Source: an uncultured Gammaproteobacteria bacterium (lineage in GTDB: Bacteria; Patescibacteriota; Microgenomatia; UBA10105; UBA927). From it: a stretch of DNA of 44,149 bases. The notes beneath the pieces are model-generated. The model did not search any database. It saw nothing but the letters and a program-made list of their open reading frames with translations, and had not been told where the DNA came from. Location: assembly GCA_964515005.1 (NCBI GenBank), contig CAZEVT010000001.1, forward strand, positions 376,720-420,868, in the 5' to 3' direction. Each line of letters begins with the position of its first letter. Positions within the stretch are counted from its first letter, which is position 1. Below are positions 43,443 to 44,149 of this stretch, one piece after another. Position numbers and translations under genes: made by a program.

Positions 43443-44078
43443 TTAGCTTTTCTTTTTCAAAAGTGCAATACCCATCAGGCCTGCTCCCGCAAACGGCAGA
43501 AGGAGAGCAAGGTCGTTAAATCCAGAGACCGGCAGGGTAGTGACCCCGAGTACATTGTTCTGAAGACAAATTTGTGCGGTATCAGAGTCGAAGCGGTTCA
43601 AGGCTTTGACTTCGGCATAGTTGGTCACACAGACAAATGATTTGCCGTTGAATGAGCTTGTATCAATCACCCGTGCCATAACCTCAACCGTGCGGGTTTC
43701 GCCGGCGTAGACTTCTTTGAGTTCAAAGGTGAGCGTGTTGCTGTTTTTGTCATACGTTCCGGGGCCAGATACAAAGGTCAGATATCCGGGAAGGACGTCT
43801 TTTACATAGACAGGATTAAACGTTTCGCCGCTTGAATTTTTGATGATGAGCTTATAGAGCACGTCAGATCCCGGGGCAAATGTCGGGTCAGAGGCGCTTA
43901 AGTTTTCGACGAAGACATTGGATGTGGCATTTCGGATCTGCTTGTTGATCGTCAGGTCAGATGGTCGGCAGGTTGTTTCGCCGCCATACTGCGTGGTACA
44001 AACGTCGGCGTACGCGGGAGATGCCAAGCCGGCAAGAACAAATGCAAAGAGAGATAGAACGATAGCTTTTGTTTTCAT
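43443..44078 (-). CDS. DUF11-like Ig-fold surface protein with LPxTG-like sorting signal
   Basis: Signal peptide from MKTKAIV; DLTINKQ..PGSDVLYKLIIKN..VKDVLPGYLTFVS; C-terminal LPVSG + TM + KKKS. Confidence 0.85.
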   Translation of the reverse strand: MKTKAIVLSLFAFVLAGLASPAYADVCTTQYGGETTCRPSDLTINKQIRNATSNVFVENLSASDPTFAPGSDVLYKLIIKNSSGETFNPVYVKDVLPGYLTFVSGPGTYDKNSNTLTFELKEVYAGETRTVEVMARVIDTSSFNGKSFVCVTNYAEVKALNRFDSDTAQICLQNNVLGVTTLPVSGFNDLALLLPFAGAGLMGIALLKKKS

Positions 44079-44149
44079 AGGATATACTTTTAGACAGTTC
44101 GGAGATAGTATCATATATGACAAAGTGTGTCAAGTGTTATGGGATATTT

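Overview
A 44 kb bacterial chromosomal window (standard code 11), most likely from a Patescibacteria/CPR (Microgenomates-like) genome. That assignment is inferred from the split ComEC, sortase, short palindromic inserts in genes and short or absent leaders. The first 16.5 kb is a minus-strand tandem array of three paralogous giant membrane-anchored fibre genes; the first runs off the window edge. Each has an N-terminal DNA-binding domain (tandem MerR/excisionase-like HTH in two, a tyrosine-recombinase core-binding domain in the third), one TM helix and a G-x-T collagen stalk. The two complete genes then carry a mosaic passenger with LamG and phage-fibre-like modules. The array contains a 485-bp identical repeat, conserved promoter and 3' motifs, and a dif-like site. 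Next come leuS-comEA-comEC (split), then a complete T-box riboswitch with an ultrashort Stem I and an intrinsic terminator ahead of two GNAT genes, an MBL hydrolase and argS. The rest holds an IMPase-like gene, a methyltransferase, a sortase with substrates, an NRAMP-like/MgtE_N pair, lepA, a glycosyltransferase cluster, a lipoprotein unit and candidate structured ncRNAs. I found no rRNA, tRNA, CRISPR or transposase. All calls were made by eye; no searches were run.
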